Assembly (NCBI GenBank): GCA_964247055.1
Contig: OZ176052.1
Span: 3,844,001-3,908,000, forward strand
From: Paragordius varius
Taxonomy: Eukaryota > Animalia > Nematomorpha
Length of the DNA: 64,000 bases
Direction: 5' to 3'
Shown here: in pieces, positions 34,801 through 49,466 of the stretch
Layout: every line of letters begins with the position of its first letter
Numbering within the stretch: position 1 is the first letter of the stretch
Position numbers and translations under genes: made by a program
Notes under the pieces: generated by a model
What the model saw: the letters and a program-made list of their open reading frames with translations, nothing else
What the model was told of the DNA's origin: nothing
Databases searched by the model: none

Positions 34801-37800
34801 TTAGCTGTTTTATTATTGTATTGAACGAACACATATTAGACATGTCGTTTTAAGTTTTTTTGTAATAATAGGAAATTATCGGTTTTTTGCAGTCTTTTTA
34901 CATTATAGCTACTATGCTTAACATTTTTTTTATCTTTTATTCAATAGTATTTACGATAAACAAATTCTTGAATATACAGCATTAATTTAAATTTTAGCAA
35001 TCTTTAGAAAAGTGCAAAAAATATTTATTATAGGATTAAATTAAATTAAACCGTTTTTTAGAGAGGAAACGAGAAAATTAATTTACAAATATTTAATACG
35101 TTTTGTGTTAAATTATAGATGTTATTTTTGAATATAAGTATAAAAGTAGTATTCTATTTGAGTGTATATTTTCAAGCATTATAACACACATACACACAAA
35201 ATTTAGCTGTGTTTCAAGGTTACCTTTTATTATTAACATTACGTTTTTATATATTTTTTTATTCCTCTCCTATTCTATTTTCTATCTCTCTAAGCTTAAT
35301 TATAACTAACGATAAGAATGTATTCTATACATATTATATTGTTTTATAGTGATTATATAAATCCTAGAGACAAAAATTCATAAATAATGATGATGAGGGA
35401 GGGAGGGATGGTAATTAACTTTCTCCAAAAATCTACCTTTTTTAAGGGGGAATTTTTTTATATTTAACTAGTTGTGATGCACGCTGGCGCATGTTTACTA
35501 TATTTAGAGTTTTTTTGGTATTTAGTTTTAAATGTTTATTATTTTATAGAAAATTAATGATAAAAGTAATTAGTAATTAAATTACATCTCTTCCTCATAT
35601 AAATGAAAATCCTATTTATAATATGTTCTACCTTTGATTTTCCAAAAACATCTTATAGAAAGTTGGAAATATCTTTTTATCAGTTTGTCGTAATTTGTGT
35701 TTACTGGTATTAAATTTGCCATATCCAGGTTTATACTTGCCTGTAGTTATATTGACGAAGGACCCTTTTCAATGGATAGCGTGATTTCATTTAATTTTGT
35801 CCAAAATTAGCGTACTCTTAAATATTTTTCATTAGCGACGTTTTTTATATCTTTCAGTATATTTTGCCTCTTTTTAACGAGATGTTTTAAGCTATATTTG
35901 GGCGGAGTTGCGTAAAGATTTCCAAACTTTAATTTAAACAATTATACCCTTTTAAGATTATTAATGGATTTTTTATTTATACTTAATAATTGACGGCGAA
36001 AATCTCATAGAAATGTGACCAATTATCGATCTTTTTTGGTTTACATCATTAAATTTGGATTACATATTTTATAAACATGTAATTATTTCGTTTTTAATAA
36101 ATGTAATTTGTTTAAAACTCATAAATATTAACGATTAGTCTATGGTGTTTTTAGGGAATCTACTTTAATTTTTAATTCCAAAGTGTGTTAAGAACGCGGT
36201 CTTTTCTCAGTGTGTTTATTAATGTAAAATTTTGCATTCTAATGTTTATGCAGCGCATACGCTTGCATTTTAAATTGATCATTCTCATTATACATGCGTC
36301 AATATGTAGAGACACGCGACAAACACTCACACATCACTCTATAAAAGGCATATTCATTTTATGCACTGCATAAAACTCAAGGTTAAATTAACTCCCTGCC
36401 ATGATTATAAAATGTGCATAAATACAAATTATAAACACCTAATTTATGACTCCCCACCAAAAAAATTCATTTGCAAGTTGTTACAAAAAATATATATTTA
36501 AAGGCTGTTATAACATTTTGTAGGTATTTTCCCATGGTTATGAGTAAATTAAAGAGATATTTTTGGCGCATCGTAAAAATGTTCACGTGATAATATTTAA
36601 AATTTTATTTTACGAACTTGCATACCTGCTTTCACCAACGTAAGTAAAGTAAGTAATATTTTGATTAATCCAATTTTTTGGCAAAAATCCTTTAATATAC
36701 TTGTTGGACTGATTAGATTACCACTCAGACTTATCAGGTAAAATTCATTTTATTTAATTTATATATGTGGTAATGATGCTATTATTATTTCGGTTTGACC
36801 TTTTTCCATATCATCCATAGAATTGAAACAATAAGGAAGTGTTCTTTGTTTTGTAGATAATGGATTATTAGAAGAGATGTATAATCGTAAACACATGTGT
36901 AAGTTTTTATTGATAATATTATCATTGCTTGAGAATATTCATTAGTGAGTGTAGGTGAGATGACCTTACGGGATAATATTTAAAAAATATATTTTAAACC
37001 GGATAAATGGTTTTTTTATCATTTTACTCTACTACACTATTGATAAAGTTAGTAATTATGTTGTTAATTAGCCTCCTAATTAAAATTAAAAGATTATATG
37101 GATGGATTTATATATAAAATGTTAGATTTTTCAATAATTTGAAATTAATTTTTTAGATGTATCAGAAATCCTTTTTGCATTATTTATATTTTTAGATTAG
37201 GAATATTTTTAAGTATGTGGTAGGTTGACATAAAAATACAAAATTTTTTTTGACCCTAAAAACATCCGCACTAACAATTTGATGCTATGTGTGCAATATG
37301 TAAAAAACTTATTTATTGCTTTATAAAAATAATTTTTTATATTATATTTATCTAAATTTTAAATTAAGACCAAAATGTGGAAAAGTTATAAAGAGTCATT
37401 TCGTATAAAATAAAGTAAAAAAGGGCTAAGCCACAAAAAAGGTTTGACTGTGTAAATCAAGTTAAAATAAATTGTTATTAGCTATATTTTCTTCTCATAT
37501 TCTCCATTCTATTCATATTATTAGACTTTTTACTTATATAAATATTGTCATATTATATTGATAACACAGTTATGCATTGTTTGATCGAATATTTTATTAT
37601 TATTATTAACGCGCTGTATCCTTGTTGCTTGTTCAATAAACTTGTAAAAGAAATACTTAGTATTCTACACGCAAAAAGCTATTTAATCCATAATCTTTCA
37701 CGTTGATATATATAAATATATATGATATATATCTATAAGTTTTAACCTTGAATCTAATATTAACATTTGTGTTTCCAGCCTTAAAGAATATTATGCCATA

Positions 37801-40800
37801 ACTTTTGATAATAATATTAGATTTGACAGGGGACAAGTTTATGACATTTATCAAAAAGAATTAATAATACTATTATTTAAAGATTGCCTATTTTTTGTTT
37901 GATTTATTAAGATTTCCGTGGATAGATTTTGTTAATCCTCTTTTTTTTGCAATCGATGAAACCCTGTTAAAGAAAGATGACATTTAAATTACCAAAGCGG
38001 GCGGTGTAAGTAATTTGTCTGACTTCAAAATAAATTTATTACCCATTAGTTGTGGTAAACCAATAAGTGAGAAGGTATTAAGAAGCATATTTATGCTTTT
38101 GTTAAGAATTGACTCTAGTTAACTTTAATGACCCCTGCATCTTGTGGGGGATAGTATTAAATATTGACCGAATTAAATATGTAAATCTCCTGTAGTTCTG
38201 TTTGTAAACCTGGATTTAGAAATTATTTGCGTTTTTAAGTCATTTACATAATGGAAATATTTTAAAATTATATATATATATAATAGATTGATAAATCACG
38301 GCGTTCCACCAAATTTTTGTGCAATAATGTGGGAAGCGGTGGGACCACATCCATTGGTGGGATATCACTTCACCGACATACTACTACCGGCCATAATAGC
38401 AGAAGGCATCACCATGGCAACACTCATCATCAACATCATCGTCATGGTAACGTGAGTCATATCCCATCGTGTACTAGCAATGCTTTTTTAACCAACAGCA
38501 ACAATAATTCTAATCGTTTGTTTGCTGGTTTCTTTTTGGGTTCTGGTTTTTTATCGGACAACAATAATCATCCACCAATCATGGCTAGTCGCGAACCATC
38601 AAATTTTTTGCCTACTCATACAGACGGTCGATCCTCTAATAATGGTAATTTTGGTGGCGGTACCTCATCCATTTCATCTGCATCATCTACTCAACCACCT
38701 GGAAGTTTGAGAAATAACGTAAACAACAATCCTTCTTCTAATCAACCACACAGTACCGCAAGAACTACAAATTTTTTTATCCCTTTAGCATCTACCAATC
38801 TAATTCGTCATTATGGGCAAAAATTATCGAATCTTACATCACGACGCCGATCATCACGTTATAATAATAACAATCACAGGGGAACGCATCAACAGCACTA
38901 TCCTGTACATATGCATCGCAACGACCGAGATAACATAATAGTTTTCAGAAATGCTAATGAAATACAACAACATTCCCGACCAGCTCAACAAGTCCCAAGA
39001 CCCTTTACAATAATCGAGTCATCTATGAATGATATGAGTGCTTCAAACCCCAAAGCAATTGTTCCGATTGTAACAACCGTGCAGTATTTACAGTACAATC
39101 AAAACAACAATAATAATAACAACCATAGTAATTCAAATAACATAATGCTTTTATCAAGCAATCCATCTCAGCACTCATTTCCTCCCATCTTTCACAAAAC
39201 GTCGTCTCTTTCAAACACAATAACACAAACAAAAAACGAACAACCTGTCGGATACTATTGTCCAAATATAAATTTTCCCAATATGGCGTATGCTAGATCC
39301 TCAATAGCTGTTCCCTGCTTTTTCCAATATGATAACAGTATCAATTATAACACAAATGTTACCACAAACAATCATAATATTGTGAAAGCGAATGATACCA
39401 AAAATAATGGTACAAATTTAGAGAACTATTCAACTCCCATATACATGGCACAATCGTCTGCTATCATATCAGACAATAATCATCCTACCACATGGGGTGG
39501 CGCAAGAGTAAGTCCTTATAAACAAATTTTAAGTAAAGTAACATAAGCAAAGAATTGACATTGTATATATAAAATATAATGTACATGTGTTAAATTTTAT
39601 TTAAGGCATGGAGATTATGTCATATATACGATGAATATATTTTGTGCAGATGTTACTTTGTTGTGGTTAGACAGACCCAATTTTTGAACCCGTTCTGGTT
39701 TTTTTTTCATAAAATTATAAATAAAGTCTGGTTTGGTCCTATTTTGCCCGGTTTCAGTACTGGTTGTTTCAACGGTTTAGAATTTGCCTAATAGACGGCT
39801 TATTTATAAATTTCGTTATTTGTCTAAAAAATAAGTCTCATTGGCAGACACTTATTTATAAATATTACATCCAAACGCGTATATATTTATATATAATAAT
39901 ATGGGCTGATCACAACCATGGTAGACTCCAGATAATTATATTAATATAATGATATCTTACCCTAAACCGTCTGGTAGGCTTTTCAAAATCTGGCTCAGTG
40001 CTATATATGATGACCTTACTGAGGCCATACTAAAAACAGAAGATGCGCAAAATTAGAAGCAACTGGCTAACAACAATAAAAACTTATCTCAATTCAGCTC
40101 CCTTCAATTTGAAGATTAACAGCTTTGATAATTATATATATATATATATATTTAACCATTTTGAAAACAAATATATTATTTTTTTAGGTCGTTGTCCATA
40201 ATCCCAACTCATCCATAAACGCTTCTCTTGCTAGGGATAACGGAAAAATCAAAAATACCAGTATTGCCTTTAGGCATCCTAATTATCACCTCCAATTCCT
40301 ACCGACGAATAATACAAACACGATTGTTGGCCATAAGGATATAGACTCAACCATAGCCAGCCACTCATCTTTAAGCTTTAGATCCACACGTGATTCGATA
40401 TCCGCTAACTCAACTATTAATCCTCAGGATTCTAACATATGTGATGGAGAAAGAAGCAGTAACAGTAGTACATCTAGTCATCATTGGTGGAGATCCCTCT
40501 TATCTAAAGTCATATCCACCACCGATTCTAACTCTAAAACAAACGCTACAAACTTAAAATCTAAAAATCATTCCACCACAAATCCCCCTCTGCTCTGCGC
40601 CTCTTCCTCTCAAGTAATGACGACCAGTTATCATTCATATCCTCCCCAATGCTCATTATCACTTTCAACAACAAACACTGCAACAACAACAACTGATTCC
40701 GAGAACAGTTATTACCTGGACAACGAAAGTGCTGACAGAAATAATACCTATTCAACACAACAAAGGCTGCAAAAGAACAACCACACATTAGATAGGTATA

Positions 40801-42582
40801 TATACCGTTTACAATTCAATTTCACCCTTAAATTTAAATTCACCATTGAACGATTCAAATTCACCCTCGAACAAATCGAATTCACCCTCAAATATATGTT
40901 TTTTGAAATTTAAAAATTACCTATATTTTATATATTTTTAAAAAATAAAAATTTTGTTTTAAATTAAAATAATATCGAAAAAATAATAAACTATACCATA
41001 AACATATATTTCATATCAATAATGAGTTATATTAGTTCGAAAACACATAAATTTTTAGGGTGAATTTGAATTTTCAAAGTTGAATTTGAATTGTTCGAGG
41101 GTGAATTTGAATTGTTCAAGGGTGAATCTGAACTGTAAATGGTATAGTAAAAAAGTTACTTTTTTTATCCTTTTTTGTATTTATTTAGAGAAAAATTTAT
41201 ATGCGCAAACCTAATAATAGCTAATTGCAATTTGGATTTATTTAATATGTTGGCACACTTGTAAATTTTGCGCATGAATGCGTGTCGGTTTTATTTATAA
41301 ACTCACAACTTATTCTTATTCATTTCCATAAATCTTATGTTGGTAGTTTGGATATAAATTTCAAAATATTATTTTATAATTTGATATCAATTTAAATTAT
41401 ATTTTGTGTGTGAATACGATATATTTTTCGATTTTTGGGTTAAATTCATCTATTTACATATATAATGTGGTGTTTGGATTGTTTTTTGATTTTAAAATTA
41501 AATATGTAAAATTAGGCATATCAAACTACATACCATGCACTTTTTATAATAGAAATTGCATTTTTGAAAAGTAATGTAATTAAGAATTTCTAATATAATT
41601 TTTTTATATAGAATAGCCGAAATAACCAGACTCACTTTAAAATTATTTTTGAATCGGTTTTGATTTGAAATGATTATGTATTTCCTAAGCCGATGTATAA
41701 TATACGAATTACCAAGTTTTTTTACGTTGCTTATAATAATATGTCGTTTTAGAGCTCACAAAAATAACCGGTTATTAGTGGTTCACAAAACACCAAACCA
41801 TGAACCTGATGATTATTTTATCGATGATCAAGCCTTTAATTCCATTCTATTGAATGATACTACTGATCATGTCGTCGAATCATTACCCAAACATGAAGTG
41901 AGTAATCATCCACTCAATCAAAATGTATTTAATACTGGCACCATTAACAACTTGAAGGATGTGTAAGTTTTTTTAGCATTTATAAATATATATTGCTATT
42001 ATAACGCGTATTAGAGTAAGGCTGACCGCGGTTATGAATATATCCATGAAACCGTGGCTGTAATCGCTTACAATATAACCATTCAAAAACTTTTTATACA
42101 TAAAAAATGTGTGATTTTCTATAACTCTTGATTGGTTATAATATTTTTTAATTGTTAAATTATCATTTTGTTTGGTTGAGTAAAAACCTATGTTTTATAT
42201 TTGAGGAAATCGTCCATGAATGACTCTTAAGCCGTCAGACGGGTTATTTTTTAACAATTCAGCCATTCCAAGGCTTATTAATTTTTATATTATATTTTGA
42301 TACAAACAAAATTTAAAACTTTTCCAAAAATTTATTTTTTTATAATATAATAGTATTCCAAAGTCTACGAATCCACTTGATAGAGAACGCTTTTTCAAAA
42401 CCAATCTAATCAGCAATGTCACCACAGCAGTACCCATAGATAATAAATTAAAGTATAACGATATAATTTAACTAACATCTTTTTATTATGCATTATTTAT
42501 ACTTTTCTTTTAATGTTTATGCAGAAGTCCTTCGAAATCTATGTCACCTACAAAAGAAAAAATCCGTATATATACACCTTAG
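31897..42582 (+). CDS. gol: Goliath-family (RNF130/RNF149/RNF150-like) transmembrane RING-H2 E3 ubiquitin ligase, with no PA domain and a long low-complexity tail
   Basis: Confident exons: 31897-32913 (signal-like [12 protein letters not shown]; [40 protein letters not shown]), 33134-33205 ([20 protein letters not shown]), 33938-34020 and 34213-34309 (RING-H2 [32 protein letters not shown]). In-frame but less certain 3' exons: 38287-39507, 40188-40795, 41753-41963, 42015-42059, ~42354-42454, ~42526-42582. Confidence 0.85.
40805..41142. mobile_element. TA-flanked MITE with sub-terminal ~21-bp tandem repeats
   Basis: Ends are TA|CCGTTTACAATTCA ... TGAACTGTAAATGG|TA. TTCAAATTCACCCTCGAACAA-like units are repeated near both ends in inverted orientation (40811-40892, 41057-41135). 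Confidence 0.75.
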
Positions 42583-42950
42583 GATACATGTTATATTCTC
42601 ACGGGAAAATATTTGCATGAAACATGCGCATAATAAATATTGTTAATAAGGTATCTGCATATGTGCTAAGTTAGCTGTTGGTTTTTATCCCAAGCGAAGC
42701 GGTAAATTGGTAAAATCTGTGGTATTTTTACATTTTTAAATATAATATTATCAAAGAACTATGACAATCTGAAAATTATATCATGATATGTATTCATGTA
42801 TATGACATTTTTGAATAAAATATTTGTCTTCATGTACAATTTAAATAAAAAATCTGTCTGTAATTATTAGAATAATACCACGCAATTCTAATTGTTATAT
42901 TGCGTGTGTATTATATCTTTTCAACATACTAACATCTCTTTTTAGTCATA

Positions 42951-42952
<2 letters not shown>

Positions 42953-42994
<42 letters not shown>

Positions 42995-43012
42995 TATATA
43001 TATATATATATA
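42953..43012. repeat. (AT)n microsatellite
   Basis: About 60 bp of AT dinucleotide with a single C interruption. Confidence 0.9.
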
Positions 43013-43571
43013 CATGTATTATTCTTTTAATATAAAAATGATATTATTGAGACAAATTGAAAAATAATATTAATGCCTTAAATTATATCTTACTCACATA
43101 ATTTGTTTTTTTTTGAAAGTTTTTAGCCAATATTGCACATAATAGCAACTACCCTTTTTACTTTTATATGCTTAGACATTGATCAGTGTAATTACTATGT
43201 TATATATTATAATATATTCAAAAATAGCAAATTATTCATTTTATCAAATAAAAATAATGTGTATTTTACCCTATGTAATTAATTTTAATTAATTTCAACA
43301 TAAATAATAATGATTGAATGGCGAGATTGTATTTGAAATTTTTATAACGTTTAATTACCAACTGTATCCTTCTATATGGCTATAGAAACCGAAAACTACC
43401 AGTGTGCATGTCATATAAACATTTTAAATCTAATATAATTCACTAATATTTATTGAATATATATATTTGTAAGAGATGATACAAATAAATATTAAAATTA
43501 CATCCTATATTTATCCTTAGATCCATATACCGTATAGTGTCTCCTGCCCTTATCTTGTCAAGGAGCTTATA

Positions 43572-43739
43572 CAGTAGCGTATGGCATAAAACATTATTAC
43601 CAATAAAAAAATAGAAAAATGTTTTTTTAAAAAACAATCCTAGTTGTAAATACACATATCCATAATATCACCTTGTTTTTTTTAAAAAACATTTTTTATT
43701 CTTTTATGGATTAATAATGTTTTATGCCATATGCTACTG
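43572..43739. mobile_element. Foldback, Tc1/mariner-type MITE
   Basis: TA|CAGTAGCGTATGGCATAAAACATTATT ... AATAATGTTTTATGCCATATGCTACTG|TA. The ~67-bp imperfect arms make almost the whole element a hairpin. Confidence 0.8.
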
Positions 43740-44674
43740 TAAACATCTTGATTTTGCGCCGCTAAAGGTTTTAACCCATTTTCCATTTAATTTAAAATAC
43801 ATGGACATCTAATCATTTTTTAATCAAAAAAAATTGTATGTTTGTTATAGTTTTTACTAAAACGGTTTCGACTTCAACTTGTATAATAACTATATTTCAA
43901 ATATTTTCTATGGTATTTAATCTATTGCATTGTAACATATAAAAAAGATTTACATCTCTAGATTAGTGCCTTAAATGACACCATCTACACTTTATTTCAA
44001 CCTCAATCGAATTCATTCTTGAACAATAATTTATCCTTTCTTATATTTCAAACTGGAATATCTCAAATTTATCTTTAAACATTTCAATTTCACATTTAAA
44101 AATTACAATTAGCTTAAATGACAAATTATTTGTATCTGACTATATTTAATTGTTTGGCTTTCTAGATATAAATGCTATATATGTACGATAATTTAGCGAT
44201 CAAAGCAAACATATAAGTCCAAATTTTTTCTTATTTAACCCGTAAGCCCCAAAAATAGCCTGAGATTTTAGCGCATTGTTAAATTTGAATATATTATTGC
44301 GGTAATTTGATTGTGCACTATCATTTTTAATGACATCAAGACATATCTATAAACAGTATTATAATCAAATTCTATTAACTGATCATTTCATCTCTAAGCA
44401 GTTAATAATTAATATGGTCAAAGAACTTTAAAAATTTCCTATTCTTACATTTTATCAAACATTTAATATTATTGTATAAGGTCTGTCAAAAAATTCTCTC
44501 CTTATTTATTAAACAGAGAAATTTTAAATCAACACTCTATGGCGCTAAATTTATTGAGTAATGCGGCCCTCGGTGGACTCCTATAATTTAAATGTGTTAA
44601 TCAATATTATTTTTAATGACAATATATACTAATACTTCAATACTTTTTGAAATGTTGAATAATACATTTTTACA

Positions 44675-44920
44675 AAACAAAAATTCGGTTATTTTGGACA
44701 TACTATTCGAGCACATTCTTTAAGGATATTATGTTAGGAAAAGTAAATGGCAAGAGAGGAAGAGTACTAAGACGTATTCGTTGGATAGACAAAATCTTAT
44801 CACTTTCCAAAAGTCACTGCAAAAACTATCCCAAAACGCCCATGACATAACCGAGTGGACAAGGTTATCCTATAAAATCGCTAATGGTTGATAACCGACT
44901 ACAAGCTCAACAACAACACC
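44675..44920 (+). mobile_element. 3' end fragment of an RTE-clade LINE
   Basis: Translates as YFGHTIR..IMLGKVNGKR..RWIDKI, the conserved RTE C-terminus, followed by a short CAA repeat. Confidence 0.7.
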
Positions 44921-45290
44921 AAAGGCATGTATAATATGTTATTAAAAGGTGTTTTTAGCTAAAAACAACCATGTATGTTGTACAAAAAAATATTTATTTT
45001 TGATAATTTAGTAACTTCAACACCAAAGAAGTTTGGATATTTCGTTATGAATAGAGTTTCAAATTTTTAAGCTAAAAACCCTTGTTACCAGGTAAATTTA
45101 AAAAGTGCATTTATTTTATATGTATTATTAAAAAACCGCATTGCCTTTTTCCGTTGCACGTAAAAACAGTTGATTATATAGAATTTTATTAAAAGGCTTG
45201 TTTGCTTAAAATTTTGGTAAATTTTTGAAAAAAACAGAATTTGACTAACATTAATTTGAAAACTCAGAGGTGATTGAATGTTCAACATAA

Positions 45291-48200
45291 TCTAATCTAT
45301 ATATTTATAAAAATGGAAAATTCTGGCTTTGTGATCTGTTTCCGGAAAACCGGTAGACCCATTCAAATAAATTTTTCCGTGTAAAAAACGGGTTTTTTTG
45401 AAAACACAAGTCCACAAAATCGTGTCTTTGAGACAATTTTCCGGAAAACGTGTTGGGCCATTCGATTTTAAATATGATTTCTTTACTTTTTTTCGATTCC
45501 GCCGAACATAGTCGGCTCGCTTTTTTAATTTAAGCCCTTTTTTCGCTCTCCCCGTAAAATGCCATTTTTTTCAAAAAAAACAAATCCACAAAAATAATTT
45601 TTTGAATCTATTTTTCGCCCAGGGTATGAGACCGTAATAATTTAATGAGGATTCCAGATATTCCTTGTTAGGCATGAATTTTAGTCGTGCGTTTTTTATA
45701 TTGGCTGCTGGGTAAGAAGATACCCGCTAAAAACCACCCCATCATATCAAAATAGCGTGTCTTTGGAGCTAAATTTCAGAAAACCTATCTAGCCATAAGA
45801 GTTCAATAGGTACATAATTACCCGTAACAAGGCAAAAATTTTGGTGGTACGGTTTTTAAAATTAACCGTTAATTATGCCCTTTACACCCTGAAAAATGCG
45901 CCACCATAGAATGATTTTTTAGTATTGAGGCAATTTTTCCAAAAATTAATGAGGGCATATCGAATCAATCATGATTCCAGGTATTCTCTGTAAAAAGGCA
46001 AAAATTTCAAACAAGCGCTTTTTTATATCAGCCTCTGGGTAGGGAGCTACCCGCCTAAAACTGCGCCCCATATCGAAATTACTTTGTTAAGGATTTAATT
46101 TTCAAAAAACTTATTAGTCCAAGTGTAATAAGGGCCTCAAATATTACCCGTAAACACGCAAAAATTCAAGTCGAACGGTTTTTTTAAATTAGCCGTTAAT
46201 TAGGCCCTTTACGCCCTAAAAAATGCGCTATCATTTAGCTATTATTTAGTTTTAAAGCCATACTTCAAAAACTAATAATAACATAAGGAATGAATCATGA
46301 TTCCATGTATTCCCCTATAAAGGCAAAAATTTTATCGAACATCTTTTTATTGGCCTCTGGATAGGGCGCAACCCGCCAACAACTGCGCCACCATATCGAT
46401 ACAGCGTGACTTTGGAGGCAAATTTTAGAAAACTTATCAGGTCATATGAGATCAATAAGGGCTTGAAATATTACCCGCAAAAAGGCAATAATTTAAGTAG
46501 AGCGGTTTTATTAAATTACCCCTTAATTAGGCCCTTGTCCTGAAAATGCGCCACCATAGAATAACTTTTTGGTTTTGAGGCAATTTTCCGAAAATCCCAC
46601 GAGAGCATATGGAATTTCAGGTACGAATTAAGCCCTGGTTAGGGGCTACTCGCGTAAAACTGCGTAACCATATCGATATAGCATGTCTTTGGAGCCAAAT
46701 CTCAGAAAGCCTATGAGCCTAATAGGAACACATGGACATTATAATTCCAAATATTCCCCACAAAAAGACAAAACTTTTGCCCGACGCTTTTTTATACCTG
46801 CCTCTGGGTAAGAAGCCCACCAAAAACTGTGCCACTATATTGAAATTGCGTTGTTTTGGAATTAATTTATAACATATGCCATGTGAGCTCTTAAGTTCGA
46901 AATTTTACCGGTAACTATGTAAAAATTAAGGTCAGGCCTTTTTTATTAGCCGTTAATTTAAGGCCTTTATGCCGTAAAAATACGCCATCATATAACGATT
47001 ACTTAGTGTTGAGGTATTTTTTGATTATCTCATGAGACGATGGTATCAAAGATGATTCCAAATATTTGCCCTATAAAGGCGAAGAATTTAACTCAGCGCT
47101 TTTTCCATATAGGTCTATGGATAGGGGTCTACCGGTTTAAAACTGAGATGCCATACGAAAATGGCGTGGTTTTGGGGCTAATTTTTAAAAAACTTAAGAA
47201 ACCATACGAGTTCAGTTAAACACATTTCTGGCGAATTTATATATCATTCTTTCCTTTAAAAAGGGACCACAAATGATTTACTTTTTATATCACTTGATCC
47301 CAGCTGTGAGAACACAATTTCAAAATTTTAACCATAATTTCGTCAAACGAAAATCTTAAAATTCCAATTAAGGGGCAGTTTAAATATGGTCAATTTCGAG
47401 TAAACAATATTTGAGCCTATCCAAAAACCCGCAAAAAAATAATTAAACACATTCTTTTTATTAAATATGTTTTTTATAATTTTTTTATCTTCTACTTAAC
47501 GGCGAAGCGTGACAGAGCTAACTAGTTATATATAAAAAGTGTTATAACATCTTCGTTAACCTTTTCCTTTATGCCTCAAAACAGTATGAAGTCACTTCAA
47601 CGAAATTTTGCTATAAATTATATTTTTAAGGAAATTATCAATTATCGGTAAAAACTTTTAATGTTATAGCATATGTAAAATTTTATCGTACAATCTCGCC
47701 ATTTTTGCTTTTGGTTTAGAATTAGTCTATTTTATAAGAGCGAAAAAAATTGTTTTGGATTCCACATCCAAAAATATTTTTTTAAAATATTACTTTGTTT
47801 TTTATATGTAGTTTATAAATTTATATAATATTTAAAATGGCATTTAACTTGCACAAAATTTTTATATAAAAAATAGGTAATTCTTCCAATTTTTGATATG
47901 GAGCGCTTACAAAAGTGTAAATAACTTTTTTAAAGCACGCTTAAGGGCCAAAGGCAAAAGCATGATTAAAACATTTTCCTACCAGAAGATATATATTTTA
48001 TCAGGTATTTTGTGACCCTTGTAAAAAATGGCAAATTTTGTGCACATTGTGTATTTTTTTTGGTGAAAGCCAAATACTTCATTCCAAAAAATATTACTAT
48101 TTAACATAAACTACATATAAGCAAAACAGTATTAATTTTAGATAAGGGCTCCTAAAATACCAATTTTTTTGCCCATCTAAAATGTTTACTTATCAATCCA

Positions 48201-49238
48201 TGATATAGTTTTATATCACAGAGCTATTTTTGAAATTAGTCGAAAAAAGTATTTATGGTATAAAGCCGAATTTATAACCTTTGAGCTTTACGCATTATAG
48301 AATTTTAAAAAATATGAAAATTGTAAAAGAATATTCATTTTTTCACCGCCGTTTTATTTCAATTTTTTAAATGGCTAAAATAGACTAATAAATGTATATA
48401 ATGGTTAAAAAGTTTAAATAATAATTTAAAAAGCTTTCAGACTACAAGCAAAAACTTGATATGTTTTGATTTTTAAATCATCTATTTGTTTCAATCGTGT
48501 TTGGGATTGTCCCGATTTCAGGCTTTAAAAGTCACAAAACTGTAAAATATATAAGCTTTTTATCTAATACCTGAGAACATGTTAAAACTGAATTAACTTA
48601 AAACAGTAGTTTATTTAAGAAATTAAGCACTGGGAGACCCAATAGGTCATCTACGGCAAAAAAGTGAAAAGGTTTGAAGTGTTAAAAATTTAATTTCTAG
48701 CAAAATTTTGTGGAAGCGTGTTTCATACAGTTTTTAGGAATGATAAAAACAGTAAAAATGCTTTAAAAATTCGATGAGGATTATCATTTCTATCAGTTCA
48801 AAATTTGAAAATATTAGAAAATTTTTAGGCGATATAAATGCAGCATAATCGAATTTTACAGAAAAATGTTGTAAGCGTTGCCTTATGCCTCAAAATTTTG
48901 CTATAAATTAATTTTTTAAGCAAAATATCCATTTTTTCGGTGAGAACTTTTTCATGTCGCCAGTAAGCATATATCAAAAACTTTTATCGCTTTAAGCATA
49001 TTTGATTTTATCTTAAGAAAAGTCCATTAAAGAAGGGCGAAAAGGGCACACATCTAATGAAAAAATTTTATTTGTAGTTAATGATTATTTTAATATTTTT
49101 TAGAATGTTAAGCTTTCAAATTATTTAAAAAACGTGCGCAAATTTTATTTTCTGAATGGAGAACCAAAAAAATGTAAATATTTTTCCTATAGCACTTGTA
49201 AGGGAAAACCAAGCTCTCTGATACATTTATTTATCCCC

Positions 49239-49269
<31 letters not shown>

Positions 49270-49466
49270 CCTATTCCCCCGATTTACGCAGTGCAGCAAT
49301 GACCACAAAAGTTAAATTTTTCACACGATGGTGTTCTCATACGTTTTCGCATTAGGATAATATTTTAACCCACAATTTTGTTGTGTATAGAATTATAGTT
49401 AAAATTGGAAAATAATTTTAAATAGCGAGGTTCACTAAGCCAAAAAACCGAAGGGTTTGCTACTAG
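45291..49466 (+). mobile_element. Non-autonomous Helitron (family B), host of a nested family-A Helitron
   Basis: The 3' end has an AAACC-GAAG-GGTTT hairpin followed by GCTACTAG|T (CTAG 49463-49466). Removing 45296-47525 restores a 5' end A|TCTAATTATATATAAAAAG. There is an internal duplication (47565-47660 vs 48881-48955). Confidence 0.6.
45296..47525 (+). mobile_element. Complete non-autonomous Helitron (family A) with an internal ~300-bp tandem array
   Basis: A|TCTATATATTT start and a 3' GGCGAAGCGTGACAGAGCTAACTAG|T end, with no TSD. Diverged units starting GGGTA(A/G)GGAGCTACCCGC.AAAAC lie at ~45710, 46037, 46358, 46637, 46807 and 47118. It is homologous to 1-524. Confidence 0.85.

Noticed and set aside
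35368-35410. Possible 43-nt Goliath exon ([14 protein letters not shown])
   Set aside because: It leaves in phase 1 while the next clear exon (38287) is phase 0, and no bridging exon was found. Exon 4 joins 38287 directly in frame.
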